The notes under the pieces were generated by a model. The model was not told the origin of the DNA and did no database searches. It saw only the letters and a program-made list of their open reading frames with translations. Made by a program: the position numbers and the translations under genes. A stretch of 64,000 nt of DNA, from the IMG/VR virus record IMGVR_UViG_3300020583_000015, positions 5,668 through 69,667 of that record; one strand, written 5' to 3'. This DNA comes from a virus. Within the stretch, counting starts at the first letter, position 1. Each line of letters opens with the position of its first letter. Shown piece by piece: positions 1 to 7,885 of the stretch.

Positions 1-6
1 TAGACT

Positions 7-333
7 ATGAAACGCGCACTTGCAACGCTCGCCCTTACAGCAGCATCACTGTGGGGACAAACGCAGACAGTCCCACAGCCCTCGACTGTTGGACCGCCTT
101 CAAACCTAACCCAGACAACAGCCCGAGAGTGGGTTGATCTCTCAAAGATCACCTTCCTTCGCTTTAGCTGCTACACTGGAAGCGTTGCGTATGGTGGCAG
201 TCTTGCTGTAGGTGGGGTGAATGTAGTTATGACCCCTGACATGGAAGCCTTCCTTCGGAAGTGGTTTGGCATCAACCGCAATTTCGACTGCACAAACCCT
301 GTTGACGACGGTGTGTCCACAATCAACCAGTGA
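7..333 (+). CDS. Hypothetical secreted protein
   Basis: N-terminus MKRALATLALTAASLWG|Q resembles a Sec signal peptide; the stop overlaps the polymerase start (GTGA). Confidence 0.65.
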   Translation: MKRALATLALTAASLWGQTQTVPQPSTVGPPSNLTQTTAREWVDLSKITFLRFSCYTGSVAYGGSLAVGGVNVVMTPDMEAFLRKWFGINRNFDCTNPVDDGVSTINQ

Positions 334-3026
334 CAACTAAACCAGACTTTTGTAGGCTTTGCCCAATCAACACTGTCACTCAAGGCTACGTCCCCCTCAA
401 GCTTGGGAACGGCCCGGCTGAGGGCGGTGAGTTGTGGATTGGCGAAGCCGCAGGTGGAGAGGAGATAGAGAAAGGTGAGCCTTTTGTTGGTGGCGCAGGC
501 GGTTGGCTTAATAGTCTTGCTAGGGCTAGTCGGGTTAGCAGGAGCCGTGTTAATATTATCAATACTATTGGCTGTAGGCCACCTAAAAATGAGTATCCAA
601 CGTCTCCTCAGTTCCCGATTATCGCCCAAGCCGAAACAGGTCACACTGTTTCGCAGGCCGATGGATACGCGGCAGTAGCCTACTGCGCAAAACATCACCT
701 ATGGCCAGCAATCGCGAAGCTAAAGCCCAGCAAGATAATTGCGTTTGGGGATCAGGCGCTTCGGGCAGTCACTAACCGTCAAGGTGTGTTGACGTGGCGT
801 GGCAGTCCGCTCCCCTTGCGGGGGCATGTGGCGGAAGGGCCGCGCGTAGTGCCGACCCTTCACCCCGCATACCTTATGCGGAACGCGGGGCTATTCAGTG
901 TGGCAGCCCAGGACCTTCGGCGATCGTTACGGTTGCCTCCAGAAAACTACAACCTGTGGGGAGGGCCAAAAGATGTTGAAGAATTTCGACTTCAGTTCGC
1001 GGGACAACCCATTAGCTTTGATTTCGAGTGGGATAGTTATGGTAATGTTAGCATTTGTGGACTTTCTGCTCGCACCGGTAGCGCTCTTGTTGTGGATTTT
1101 AATGAATGTAAAGGCGTTCTTAGAGGGTTGTTTGAGTGCGCTGTTGAGCTGATTGGCCATAACATCGTTGGGGCTGACACAAAGTTTTTTGAGAAGTGGG
1201 GGTGGGACGTTGGCGCGCGTTTGACTGACACCATGCTCATCCAACACCTTGTGCAGCCTGACATGAAACATGACTTGGGGTTTGTCGCGTCAGTCTTCAG
1301 CACAAAGGTCTTTTGGAAAGGACGAGGAGAGGAAACAGAAGATGAACACACAGGAGAAATCCGAGCTACTGGCGCTCAATGGAAAACTTGGGACAGTCCT
1401 GACGCAATTCCGAGAGAGTTTGGAGGCTATGGAGGTTGTGCTTCAGCTGATGAAGCGTACCGTCTCTACAACGCAAGAGATACGGATGGGACTCTTCAGT
1501 GTGCTGTTCCCCTCAACATCACTCTCGACAAATACGCCCTGCGCTACACCTACGAAAACGTCAGTGTGCCAGCAGCCTTTATCTGTCGAGAGCTTGGCGA
1601 CACAGGTCTCAGAATTGACAACCGACGAGTTGTTGACATTCGCAAAGATATTGAATCTGAGATTAGCCGCATTCAACAAACATTACCCGAAGGTCTAGCC
1701 CCTTATGACAAACCAATCAAGCGACTCGTTGATGCTCCTCCAAACACTTTCAAGCCTAAGACAAAATACTGTAATGGAAACAAACGTCGCGGATTCGCGA
1801 AGCATCTCAAAACTCCGATTGTTTTTGCTGAGCCAGGTGTTGTGGCTTGTGTGGCTTGCGGTATGCCCGTTGAGTCCGGCGAGCTTCAACAGCTTAAGCG
1901 GATTAAGGTTGATTCAACTCTCACCATCGTTCCCTGGAATAGTGCTGATGCAACCAAGGCCTACGCAGCCAACGTTGGACTGGCCCCATATATTCATGGA
2001 CGAACCGGACGCTCAACCGCCGACAAGAACGCCCGCAAGACCTGGGGTCGTAGCAATATAGAGTTTGCAGCGGTTGATGCACTGAAAAAGCTCAGCACAC
2101 AAAGGAGTAGCTTTGCAAAACCGAAACTTGTGGAAGTCCCTCGGGTATATTTTAACCTTCTTGTTCATGGCACAAGTGAGGGAAGGTTGTCTAGTAGTGG
2201 TAGACGACGCGGGATCGATCCAAACATACAAAATCAACCCAAATCAATTCGTAAAATATTCGTCCCTGATCGAGAAGATTTTGGATTCCTAGACTCCGAC
2301 ATCATCCAAGGCGAGAACATGATCACCGCATGGCTCGCGAAGGATTGGCCACGATGGGAACGCCTCAACACACCGGGGTATGATGAGCATGCAGACATGG
2401 CTTCGGCGTTCTTTAACTGCAACGTCTCGAAAGACAATGAGTTTGCACATCTCCGAGCGCCAGGCAAGGTCATTAACCACGGTCGAAACTATGGCCTAGG
2501 AGTCAAGAAAACCCAAGAATACCTCGCTGTCCAGGGCTTCTTCTACAGCCTAGCTGATATCAAGGAGATGATTGAAATATGGAAAGGTCGCAACGCGCGT
2601 ACCGCCTTGTGGCAACAAGAAACAATCGAAACAGCCGAACGCCAAAGTTACTTGGAGAATGCTTTTCGTCGGAGACGATGGTTCCAGGGACGAGATTTCG
2701 CTACAAAGGCTTTGGCGTTTTTACCTGCATCAACCCTCGCAGACATTGTGCTGCGGTGTATGATCGGGCTTTATCCCGAGCGATTCAAGACGCAGATAGT
2801 AGCGCTTGGACTGGGTGTAACTGGACAGTTACCGCAAGGCTGGTTCTTGAACATCCAGGTCCACGACTCGCTAGTCGGGCAAGGCCCACACACGACTCGG
2901 TATGATGCAGCAGATATCTTTCGGATGGTAATGACTCAGCCCTGGCGGGAGCTAGACAACTTCTGTCTTGGGGTTGAGCAGCAATACAGCAACGTCTCAT
3001 GGGGGGACGTAAAGAAACTTACATGA
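330..3026 (+). CDS. polA: Family A DNA polymerase with N-terminal family-4 uracil-DNA glycosylase-like domain (SPO1-type architecture)
   Basis: UDG4 motifs IGEAAGGEE..GEPFVGGAG, CRPPKN, PTLHPAYLMR. Exonuclease motifs FDFE, GHNIVGAD, YNARD. Polymerase motifs GRLSSS/PNIQN, motif A DSDIIQGE, motif B RAPGKVINHGRNYG, motif C QVHDSL. Confidence 0.95.
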   Translation: MTTKPDFCRLCPINTVTQGYVPLKLGNGPAEGGELWIGEAAGGEEIEKGEPFVGGAGGWLNSLARASRVSRSRVNIINTIGCRPPKNEYPTSPQFPIIAQAETGHTVSQADGYAAVAYCAKHHLWPAIAKLKPSKIIAFGDQALRAVTNRQGVLTWRGSPLPLRGHVAEGPRVVPTLHPAYLMRNAGLFSVAAQDLRRSLRLPPENYNLWGGPKDVEEFRLQFAGQPISFDFEWDSYGNVSICGLSARTGSALVVDFNECKGVLRGLFECAVELIGHNIVGADTKFFEKWGWDVGARLTDTMLIQHLVQPDMKHDLGFVASVFSTKVFWKGRGEETEDEHTGEIRATGAQWKTWDSPDAIPREFGGYGGCASADEAYRLYNARDTDGTLQCAVPLNITLDKYALRYTYENVSVPAAFICRELGDTGLRIDNRRVVDIRKDIESEISRIQQTLPEGLAPYDKPIKRLVDAPPNTFKPKTKYCNGNKRRGFAKHLKTPIVFAEPGVVACVACGMPVESGELQQLKRIKVDSTLTIVPWNSADATKAYAANVGLAPYIHGRTGRSTADKNARKTWGRSNIEFAAVDALKKLSTQRSSFAKPKLVEVPRVYFNLLVHGTSEGRLSSSGRRRGIDPNIQNQPKSIRKIFVPDREDFGFLDSDIIQGENMITAWLAKDWPRWERLNTPGYDEHADMASAFFNCNVSKDNEFAHLRAPGKVINHGRNYGLGVKKTQEYLAVQGFFYSLADIKEMIEIWKGRNARTALWQQETIETAERQSYLENAFRRRRWFQGRDFATKALAFLPASTLADIVLRCMIGLYPERFKTQIVALGLGVTGQLPQGWFLNIQVHDSLVGQGPHTTRYDAADIFRMVMTQPWRELDNFCLGVEQQYSNVSWGDVKKLT

Positions 3027-3253
3027 ACAAAAACACTGCGGCTGACTATGGGCGACTCCTGCTGAATATTCTGGAGTTTTTTGATAATGGGGGCTTGCAC
3101 CCCTCAATTGAGGTGGTGGTAGATAATGAGCTTGTGAGCGGATTCCTACCTCCTGAGTTAGAGGAGTGCGTTGAGGAAGCTTGGGAAGCGATGAGGGACT
3201 TTGACCCAGATGAAACAGAAGAAAGCGGATTCAGTATTATTGAAACTACCTGA
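3023..3253 (+). CDS. Small acidic hypothetical protein
   Basis: ATG overlaps the polymerase stop (ATGA); strongly acidic C-terminal half. Confidence 0.6.
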   Translation: MNKNTAADYGRLLLNILEFFDNGGLHPSIEVVVDNELVSGFLPPELEECVEEAWEAMRDFDPDETEESGFSIIETT

Positions 3254-3408
3254 AGGCAAGCTTCCAAAGTGTTACCGCCTCAATGGTTTTGATGGGTGGT
3301 GTTGTTGGCAACACTGCACGCCAATTGGGCGAGGTGAGTCAATTCACATTGTCGAGCGGCGGCAGTATTGTGAAGGGCATTGTCCGGTTTGTAGTCCAAG
3401 GAAAGTCC

Positions 3409-4377
3409 TTGAGCCTATCAAGAAAAAGCGTTCCAAACGATAGCATCCTACACACATGGCTAGATCAGTTTGCAATCACGGAAGTGCCCCTGAGCTACAG
3501 CATCCTAAGTGGGCTGTCGGTGATTGGCGGCTCACTCCGAAGGCAGCTGTGGATCGATGATGAAGGTCTGCGGGTGTGGCCGAATTTGTCAGTGTTGCTT
3601 ATCGGGCCTCCCGGAATTGGAAAAGACACCATCATTGATGCAGCAACTGAAGTCATTGATCGAGTCCATGCGACCACCCTTATCGCAGGCAAAACAGTTG
3701 AGTACATTGAGGAACAACTGGTCAAGCTTGGGGACCCAGCGGTGTGCTTTACAGGAGTTGGAGAGTTAGCAGCATTCCTTGGGCCTCAAGACTACCAAGC
3801 CGGAAAAATGCAGCGCCTCACGGACATCCTTTCGACTGGACGAAAGGTAGACGTCAGCACGAAAGGCGCTGGCCGCCAGATGATCCTCCACCCGACAATG
3901 ACAATGATCGCGGGCAGCACCCTACCGTGGCTTCGGCACCTTCCAGAAGGCAGCATGACTGGGGGGTTTGTGCCGAGGTTTGTTGTTACACACGAAGACT
4001 ATGGTAAGCGACATGTGGCGTGGGTAAAGTATGATAACTCCCAAAGTGATCTTAAAGCGGCCAGAGCCGCCCGAGTCGCGTTTCCTGAGCTTGTGCGCGC
4101 TGCTGTTGCGCAATGGCATCGAGCCAGAGAAATTGTTCCGACAGCTGATGCCAGAGATGCTTGGCGAAATTGGTACAGAAATCGGTTCGACTATTTTAGC
4201 CGCGACGTACAAGAGTACGCCAATCGTGCCAGGGGCCAAGCCCAAAAGCTTGCGATGTTATGTGCTGCTTCTCGAATGCATGGTTGGCTTGAACAGGAGG
4301 ATTATGAATTCAGTGGGGCAGTGATGACGCATGTAGCATCAAGCATTGAAAAGATTCTCAAGGGAGCAAAACAGTAA
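3409..4377 (+). CDS. DUF3987-like P-loop NTPase (putative replicative helicase of phage primase-helicase type)
   Basis: TEVP..Y.ILSGLSVIGGSLRRQLW, WPNLSVLLIGPPGIGKDT (Walker A) and GGFVPRF. Likely TTG start at 3409 behind an AAGGA RBS (the ORF track starts at 3283). Confidence 0.8.
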   Translation: MSLSRKSVPNDSILHTWLDQFAITEVPLSYSILSGLSVIGGSLRRQLWIDDEGLRVWPNLSVLLIGPPGIGKDTIIDAATEVIDRVHATTLIAGKTVEYIEEQLVKLGDPAVCFTGVGELAAFLGPQDYQAGKMQRLTDILSTGRKVDVSTKGAGRQMILHPTMTMIAGSTLPWLRHLPEGSMTGGFVPRFVVTHEDYGKRHVAWVKYDNSQSDLKAARAARVAFPELVRAAVAQWHRAREIVPTADARDAWRNWYRNRFDYFSRDVQEYANRARGQAQKLAMLCAASRMHGWLEQEDYEFSGAVMTHVASSIEKILKGAKQ

Positions 4378-4383
4378 ACGCCT

Positions 4384-5136
4384 ATGAAACATGTCCTAGT
4401 GTTGCCTGACATCCATTTCCCACATCATGACCAACGAACCCTGAATGCAGTTGAGTCCTACATGGCCGACAACGAGTGGGATGAGGTTGTGTGGCTTGGA
4501 GATCTGATCGACTTTGACTATATTTCTTCTCACGAGCGCGGTAATTTGCGTGGTCGCGTGGTTGCACAAAACGCCATCAGTCGTGATTACAACCTTGTCA
4601 ATAGTGTGCTTGATAGGCACGCTAAGATTGTTGGTCCACATACAAAGCAAACAATAATCCAAGGGAACCATGACTTTCGAGTGGAGAGGTTCATTGACGA
4701 GAACCCCGCGCTTGAGGGGCTTGCGGAGGTTGAGAATGGCCTTCACCTCCGAGATCGGGGCATCCAATGGGTACAGGGTTGGTCAAAGGGTGAGATCTAC
4801 AGGATTGGAAAAGCAGCCTTCGTCCACGGCCTGTACATCACCGAACACCACGCGAAGAAAATGGTGCAGGCGTTTGGAGAGAATGTGTTTTATGGCCACA
4901 CCCATGATATTCAAACCTACAGCCAAACAAAACGCGGAGACAACAACACCATCGTAGGCCAGAGCCTTGGATGTCTGTGTCGGTACGATCAAAAATACAT
5001 GAAAGGCCGCCCTAGCGCTTGGCAGCAAGCCTTTGGCGAGTTCTACATCAAACCAAACGGCCACTTTAACTACTACGTGATTCGAATTGTCAATCACAGT
5101 TTCGTGGCCCCTGACGGAGAAGAATACGCCGGATGA
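4384..5136 (+). CDS. Calcineurin-like metallophosphoesterase
   Basis: Motifs DIH, GDLID, GNHD, HG and GHTH. Confidence 0.92.
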   Translation: MKHVLVLPDIHFPHHDQRTLNAVESYMADNEWDEVVWLGDLIDFDYISSHERGNLRGRVVAQNAISRDYNLVNSVLDRHAKIVGPHTKQTIIQGNHDFRVERFIDENPALEGLAEVENGLHLRDRGIQWVQGWSKGEIYRIGKAAFVHGLYITEHHAKKMVQAFGENVFYGHTHDIQTYSQTKRGDNNTIVGQSLGCLCRYDQKYMKGRPSAWQQAFGEFYIKPNGHFNYYVIRIVNHSFVAPDGEEYAG

Positions 5137-5588
5137 ACGACAAGCAGCATTTTGATTATATGTTTGTAAATGAAGCAACCCCAATAAGCCTTAGTGAAAG
5201 TAACACGCAACTACCTTACGGAACAACATATGTCCTTAAAAACAGCGGTAACAACGTCGAGACCTGCCCGAACGGTGCGGTTCGAGAGGTCAAAACCGAT
5301 CGAGGCAGATTCGACCTTATCTCTCCATACATGGAAGATCGCCTTGCGAAGTGGTATGAAGCGGGCGCTAAAGTCTATGGGGATCGCAACTGGGAAAAAG
5401 GGATCCCGTTCAGTTCGCTACTTTGCAGCGCGAAACGGCATCTCAACCGAATTGCTAAAGGACTTCACGATGAGGATCACGAAGCGGCGACAGTATGGAA
5501 CATAGCCGCGATGATTCACTTCCAGGAGCTTGGACGGACTGACCTCAATGACCTCCCCAAATACAAAGCTGGTGCATTGCTCATATGA
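5133..5588 (+). CDS. dATP/dGTP diphosphohydrolase-like protein (DUF5664 type)
   Basis: GAVR..GRFDLI, GAKVYGDRNWEKG, SAKRHL, EDHEAATVWN pattern. Confidence 0.85.
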   Translation: MNDKQHFDYMFVNEATPISLSESNTQLPYGTTYVLKNSGNNVETCPNGAVREVKTDRGRFDLISPYMEDRLAKWYEAGAKVYGDRNWEKGIPFSSLLCSAKRHLNRIAKGLHDEDHEAATVWNIAAMIHFQELGRTDLNDLPKYKAGALLI

Positions 5589-5741
5589 GGGGTGTGGTGG
5601 CAGACGCCCACACTATGAGAGGCCGTATGAGCAACGTGGGCGGAGGATCCTAAGTGTGGAGGCTTCGCAAGCCGGACCTTGGTATTGTTCAATCGAGTGT
5701 AGTGTGTATGACAAAGCCCAACAGAAGGAGAAACAAAACGT

Positions 5742-6032
5742 ATGAAAAAACTATTTATTGTTAGCGTTCTTTGCGCAGCGAGTTTTGTAGGAGGCGTTGC
5801 CTCCGCTCAAGCAGATGTGTTGCTTGTATTGAGGACCGCCAGCATCCAAGTCACTCAAACAATCACAACGCTTGTCAACCTGACGATGGCGTCTGGCACA
5901 ATCGGCACAGCGGACCTCCAAACAAGCATCAACTTGCTGAATGTCGTGAGTCAAGAGCTAACGCAAGCTGAACAGATTCTAGGTCAAATCCCACCGACGC
6001 CTTGCGACCCGTCTAGCCGTAACTGCCGGTAA
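5742..6032 (+). CDS. Hypothetical secreted helical protein
   Basis: AAGGAG RBS; signal-like MKKLFIVSVLCAASFVGGVASA|Q; ends in PPTPCDPSSRNCR. Confidence 0.65.
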   Translation: MKKLFIVSVLCAASFVGGVASAQADVLLVLRTASIQVTQTITTLVNLTMASGTIGTADLQTSINLLNVVSQELTQAEQILGQIPPTPCDPSSRNCR

Positions 6033-6052
6033 CATCCCCAAGGAGCCTGCCG

Positions 6053-6541
6053 TTGAGACGCATCTTTAGCTTCGACATTGATGGAGTGGTGGCAGACGTT
6101 GGTGAGCTAGCAATCATGGATCGCCAAGTTGGGAGCTATCGTTACGCGAAAGCTTTTGACAAACGCCTCCAGTGGTGGCTAGGGGAGATTGCTCACGAAG
6201 CTGATGTCTACTTCGTCAGTAGTCGAAGCTTCCAAGATGCGCTAAAGGAAACCAAGGAATGGCTCCACTTCAACGCAATCCACCTTGCGGATGTGGCGGG
6301 AGTGTTGTGTAATGTTTGTCCGTCTGACAAAGCCTCAGTTGTGAAGGCCCTCCATGCAACTTACCACTTTGACGATGATCGCCAGATTTGTGCTAGCATG
6401 CCTGCTGGTGTGGGCATCCACTGCTGGACAGAAGTGAAGAACTGGGAGGAGATCTACAAACGCTGTCACGCAACACCTCCACTCCACATCAGCTACGCGT
6501 GTCAGCAAGCGTCGTTGCCGTTTGTTAGTGTTGGGGCTTGA
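6053..6541 (+). CDS. HAD-superfamily hydrolase (5'-nucleotidase-like)
   Basis: FDIDGVVAD, VSSR, K and FDDD HAD motifs; AAGGAG RBS. Last + strand gene, converging on the late operon. Confidence 0.85.
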   Translation: MRRIFSFDIDGVVADVGELAIMDRQVGSYRYAKAFDKRLQWWLGEIAHEADVYFVSSRSFQDALKETKEWLHFNAIHLADVAGVLCNVCPSDKASVVKALHATYHFDDDRQICASMPAGVGIHCWTEVKNWEEIYKRCHATPPLHISYACQQASLPFVSVGA

Positions 6542-7574
6542 GCTTTTCCATCACACCCTTTGAGATGTTTTGGAGGTCGTTGAAGAAGGTTCGAAGCTGG
6601 CCAGGCTGACGATAGCCAAGGCTTCGCGCAATATCCCCAGGCGCCTCATCATTCACCAAGTAGCGAAGTGCGGGAGCGGTCATGCGTCCAGCTGGCGCAA
6701 AGCCCCTTCCAGATGGTTGCTCGCTAATGACTTGTTGGATTGCGTTATGGACAGCTTCAGGATGGATGCCGCCTGCGTTGAAGACTCGGGCAGGGGTGGC
6801 TTTAGTCAGGCCTAACTGCTGGGCCGCTTGTGACGCATCCCGAAAGTCATGGTCATCAAAGCTTTGGTAAGCGTCTCGGAGATTCCGACGTGAGATTCCT
6901 TGAACAAGATTCTTCTGGGCAAGATTCCGGTGGAGTTCATCCAGACCGCTGCCGCCTCCAGGCTTCAGTGCTTGGACTGTGGCTAGAACTTGACGGGCAT
7001 CAGTCGGCATAACAGTCTGGACTGGTTTAGCGCGTTCCGGCGCGATGCCTTTTGAGTATCCTTCGGACGGAGCCCCTGACTTGTCGCTCATCAGTGTGCC
7101 CCCTTCATCAAGGCTCACACCCTCGTGAGAAGCAATTTTCTTGGTTTGCTTCAAGATACCTTCCATATGGCGGCGAGCCACATTCGTGAGGTGTTCCTCA
7201 AGGTCAGCTCCCTGAAGGTGCGCTGGCACACCCTCACTCATATGTTGGAAGCCTTTCATCAAGCCTTCTTGAGAGAGGTCTTCTGCCATGCCAGGGTTCA
7301 TACCGCGCGCAATCTTAGGAAGCTTTTCCATTAGCGAGCTGAGTAGGCTTTCGCTTTCTCCAGCACCTAACGCTCGCAGCGGTGTAGCACCTGTGACAGC
7401 CATCGCAGCAGGGGCTGCGCCCGCAGTCGGGTCATTCATAAACCTCATCGCAAGGCGCTTTAGTGGGGAGGGATTTGAGTGGGACTCCTCATAGGTTGGG
7501 ATCCGTCGAGGATTATCCTGTTGTGGCGGTGCCCAACTATCGCTAACTCCGAATGTGCTGTCTTCTTGAGCCAT
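6525..7574 (-). CDS. Putative internal virion protein with sigma70 region-2 and region-4-like segments
   Basis: Last gene of the ejection block with a low-complexity Ala/Pro N-terminus. AEDLSQEGLMKGF..LEEHLTNVARRHMEGILKQ..VSLDE resembles sigma region 2; LRYLVNDEAPGDIARSLGY resembles the region-4 HTH. Confidence 0.55.
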   Translation of the reverse strand: MAQEDSTFGVSDSWAPPQQDNPRRIPTYEESHSNPSPLKRLAMRFMNDPTAGAAPAAMAVTGATPLRALGAGESESLLSSLMEKLPKIARGMNPGMAEDLSQEGLMKGFQHMSEGVPAHLQGADLEEHLTNVARRHMEGILKQTKKIASHEGVSLDEGGTLMSDKSGAPSEGYSKGIAPERAKPVQTVMPTDARQVLATVQALKPGGGSGLDELHRNLAQKNLVQGISRRNLRDAYQSFDDHDFRDASQAAQQLGLTKATPARVFNAGGIHPEAVHNAIQQVISEQPSGRGFAPAGRMTAPALRYLVNDEAPGDIARSLGYRQPGQLRTFFNDLQNISKGVMEKLKPQH

Positions 7575-7576
7575 AA

Positions 7577-7873
7577 CTAACGCTTATCAGGCACAACCAG
7601 TGCATGAGGAAACGCATACCGAATGATAATATCTAACTTTGCGTCAATCTCTGAGTATTGCTTTTCTAGTGTCGCAGTTCGTTGGTCAAGAGTGTCAAGC
7701 CGATGATTGATGTTCATTGCCCACGCGCCAATCACACTGAACGCTATGCCTGCACAAAGCGTCAGCAACCACCAAACAATCCTTTCGCTAGAGGCCGCGA
7801 TTGACGCCCCGCCTTGTGGGGCTGGTGTTGGATGCTGCGGTATGTCTGGCAATAGTGAGTTTGTTGGTATCAT
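7577..7873 (-). CDS. Small membrane protein (holin-like candidate)
   Basis: One hydrophobic helix (IVWWLLTLCAGIAFSVIGAWAM) followed by a coiled coil. Confidence 0.45.
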   Translation of the reverse strand: MIPTNSLLPDIPQHPTPAPQGGASIAASSERIVWWLLTLCAGIAFSVIGAWAMNINHRLDTLDQRTATLEKQYSEIDAKLDIIIRYAFPHALVVPDKR

Positions 7874-7885
7874 CTTGGGGCCGCT

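Noticed and set aside
5133-5588. Z-genome (2-aminoadenine) pathway
   Set aside because: No purZ or datZ-like gene is recognisable in the window.
6053-6541. HAD protein as the missing GmhB heptose-bisphosphate phosphatase
   Set aside because: It lacks the GmhB DRDG / TNQSG / CRKP motifs, looks like a 5'-nucleotidase type and lies in the replication block.
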